This document shows positions 27,323 through 28,904 of a stretch of DNA of 28,904 nt, piece after piece. The stretch lies in IMG/VR virus record IMGVR_UViG_3300005805_000337, positions 1-28,904 of that record. One strand, 5' to 3'. Position numbers and translations under genes: made by a program. Under the pieces are notes generated by a model. The model did not search any database and had not been told where the DNA came from. It saw only the letters and a list, made by a program, of their open reading frames with translations. Within the stretch, counting starts at the first letter, position 1. Each line of letters begins with the position of its first letter. The DNA comes from a virus. Its lineage: Duplodnaviria > Caudoviricetes.

Positions 27323-28904
27323 GTAACATAAAAATCACCAGTAACACTGGTGCAGTTGGTGTTGGTAGCAATATCAAGATTACCAGTAACACTGGAAATA
27401 TTCAGGTCAAAACTGATTCACTTGGTAAAATAGAACTAAACACTGGAAAAGGTGTTGATGGTATTGCTGGACCACAAGGTCCTCAAGGATTTCAAGGTGC
27501 ACCTGGATTTGGTTCACAGGGAATTGAAGGAATTCAGGGTGAACAAGGATTCCAAGGTGAACAAGGATTCCAGGGTCACCAAGGATATCAAGGTGAGCAG
27601 GGATTCCAAGGCGCTCAAGGTGTACAAGGTGAACAGGGATTCCAGGGACATCAAGGTTTCCAAGGTGTTCAAGGTGTACAAGGCGTTCAAGGTGAACAGG
27701 GATTCCAAGGTCACCAAGGATTCCAAGGGGAACAAGGTTTCCAAGGTGTTCAGGGCGTTCAAGGTGTGCAAGGTGAACAGGGATTCCAGGGAGAGCAAGG
27801 TTTCCAGGGTGTTCAAGGTGTACAAGGCGTTCAAGGTGAACAGGGATTCCAAGGAGAACAAGGATTTCAGGGTCATCAAGGTTTCCAAGGTGTTCAGGGC
27901 GTTCAAGGTGTTCAAGGCAATCAAGGATTCCAAGGCGAACAGGGCTTCCAGGGGGAACAAGGATTCCAAGGCGCTCAAGGCGTACAGGGTGTTCAAGGCG
28001 TTCAAGGTGTTCAGGGTCATCAAGGCTTCCAGGGAGAACAAGGCTTTCAAGGCGAGCAGGGATTCCAGGGAGAACAAGGATTCCAAGGCGAACAAGGCTT
28101 CCAGGGTGAACAAGGATTCCAAGGAGTACAGGGCGTACAGGGTGTTCAAGGAGCGCAGGGCGTTCAGGGACATCAAGGTTTCCAAGGCGAGCAAGGATTC
28201 CAAGGCGAGCAAGGTTTTCAAGGCGCACAAGGTGTTCAAGGCGCTCAGGGTGTTCAAGGCGCACAAGGTGTTCAAGGCGCTCAGGGTGTTCAAGGCGAAC
28301 AGGGATTTCAGGGAGAACAAGGCTTTCAGGGTGAACAGGGATTCCAGGGAGTTCAAGGCGCTCAAGGCGTTCAAGGTGTTCAGGGAGAGCAAGGATTCCA
28401 AGGAGTACAGGGCGTTCAAGGTGTTCAAGGAGCACAGGGCGTTCAGGGACATCAAGGTTTCCAAGGTGAGCAGGGATTCCAAGGTGAACAAGGTTTCCAA
28501 GGTGAGCAGGGATTCCAAGGTGAACAAGGTTTCCAAGGTGAGCAGGGATATCAAGGCGAGCAGGGATTCCAAGGCGAACAAGGATATCAAGGCGAGCAAG
28601 GGTTCCAAGGACATCAAGGTTTCCAGGGTATTCAAGGAGCACAAGGCGTTCAAGGTCACCAAGGCTTTCAGGGTGAGCAGGGCTTCCAAGGCGAACAGGG
28701 CTTCCAGGGCGAACAAGGATTTCAAGGCGAACAAGGATTTCAAGGCGAACAAGGATTCCAGGGAGAACAGGGTTTCCAGGGTCACCAAGGGTTCCAAGGT
28801 GAACAAGGTTTCCAGGGCGTTCAAGGCGAGCAAGGATTCCAAGGTGTTCAAGGCGCTCAAGGTGTTCAAGGCGTTCAAGGAGCACAGGGTGTTCAGGGGC
28901 ATCA
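27319..28904 (+). CDS. Long collagen-like fibre protein (Gly-X-Gln), at least 528 aa, runs off the window end
   Basis: ATGA overlap with the upstream stop; [60 protein letters not shown]..; no stop to 28904. Missing from the ORF track, presumably because it has no stop in the window. Confidence 0.92.
   Translation, partial: MSNIKITSNTGAVGVGSNIKITSNTGNIQVKTDSLGKIELNTGKGVDGIAGPQGPQGFQGAPGFGSQGIEGIQGEQGFQGEQGFQGHQGYQGEQGFQGAQGVQGEQGFQGHQGFQGVQGVQGVQGEQGFQGHQGFQGEQGFQGVQGVQGVQGEQGFQGEQGFQGVQGVQGVQGEQGFQGEQGFQGHQGFQGVQGVQGVQGNQGFQGEQGFQGEQGFQGAQGVQGVQGVQGVQGHQGFQGEQGFQGEQGFQGEQGFQGEQGFQGEQGFQGVQGVQGVQGAQGVQGHQGFQGEQGFQGEQGFQGAQGVQGAQGVQGAQGVQGAQGVQGEQGFQGEQGFQGEQGFQGVQGAQGVQGVQGEQGFQGVQGVQGVQGAQGVQGHQGFQGEQGFQGEQGFQGEQGFQGEQGFQGEQGYQGEQGFQGEQGYQGEQGFQGHQGFQGIQGAQGVQGHQGFQGEQGFQGEQGFQGEQGFQGEQGFQGEQGFQGEQGFQGHQGFQGEQGFQGVQGEQGFQGVQGAQGVQGVQGAQGVQGH
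27511..28904 (+). repeat. 9-bp period repeat GGN-NNN-CAR, about 154 Gly-X-Y triplets
   Basis: Gly register holds from 27511 to 28861 (1350 nt = 150 triplets) and beyond; X mostly F/E/V/A/H/Y; includes perfect 36-bp tandems such as 28222-28257 and 28258-28293. Confidence 0.95.

Noticed and set aside
27407-28902. Two long minus-strand ORFs (492 aa and 462 aa) with Leu-periodic repeats
   Set aside because: Shadows of the + strand Gly-X-Gln repeat (CAA/CAG reads as TTG/CTG and the repeat generates no stops in those frames). The + frame has the coupled start, upstream late promoters and operon direction.
27511-28904. Possible CRISPR array or non-coding satellite
   Set aside because: Period is 9 bp with third-position variation and no unique spacers, as expected for coding sequence.

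Overview
AT-rich fragment of a large T4-like myophage genome covering the late virion-structure region, almost all on the + strand. It opens with the 5' end of a divergent head-completion gene (gp4, - strand). The baseplate/tail block follows: gp48, gp53, a gp27-like hub, gp5, gp25, gp6, gp7, a 164-aa ORF, gp8, a VrlC-like protein split into two genes, and a small coiled-coil ORF. Next come a collagen-containing tail fibre with an S74 intramolecular chaperone and a polyglycine gp38-like adhesin. Between that fibre/adhesin pair and a second, very long collagen gene (27319 to the window end, absent from the ORF track, about 154 consecutive Gly-X-Y triplets, nearly all Gly-X-Gln) lies an enzyme cassette: two unknown ORFs, a Coq4-like protein, three divergent 2OG-Fe(II) oxygenases and a GT-B glycosyltransferase. 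The leading hypothesis (inference) is a phage-encoded system that hydroxylates and glycosylates virion fibres. Four exact T4 late promoters (TATAAATA) and one antisense sigma70/early-type promoter are visible. All family calls come from motif recognition and synteny; no database searches were run.
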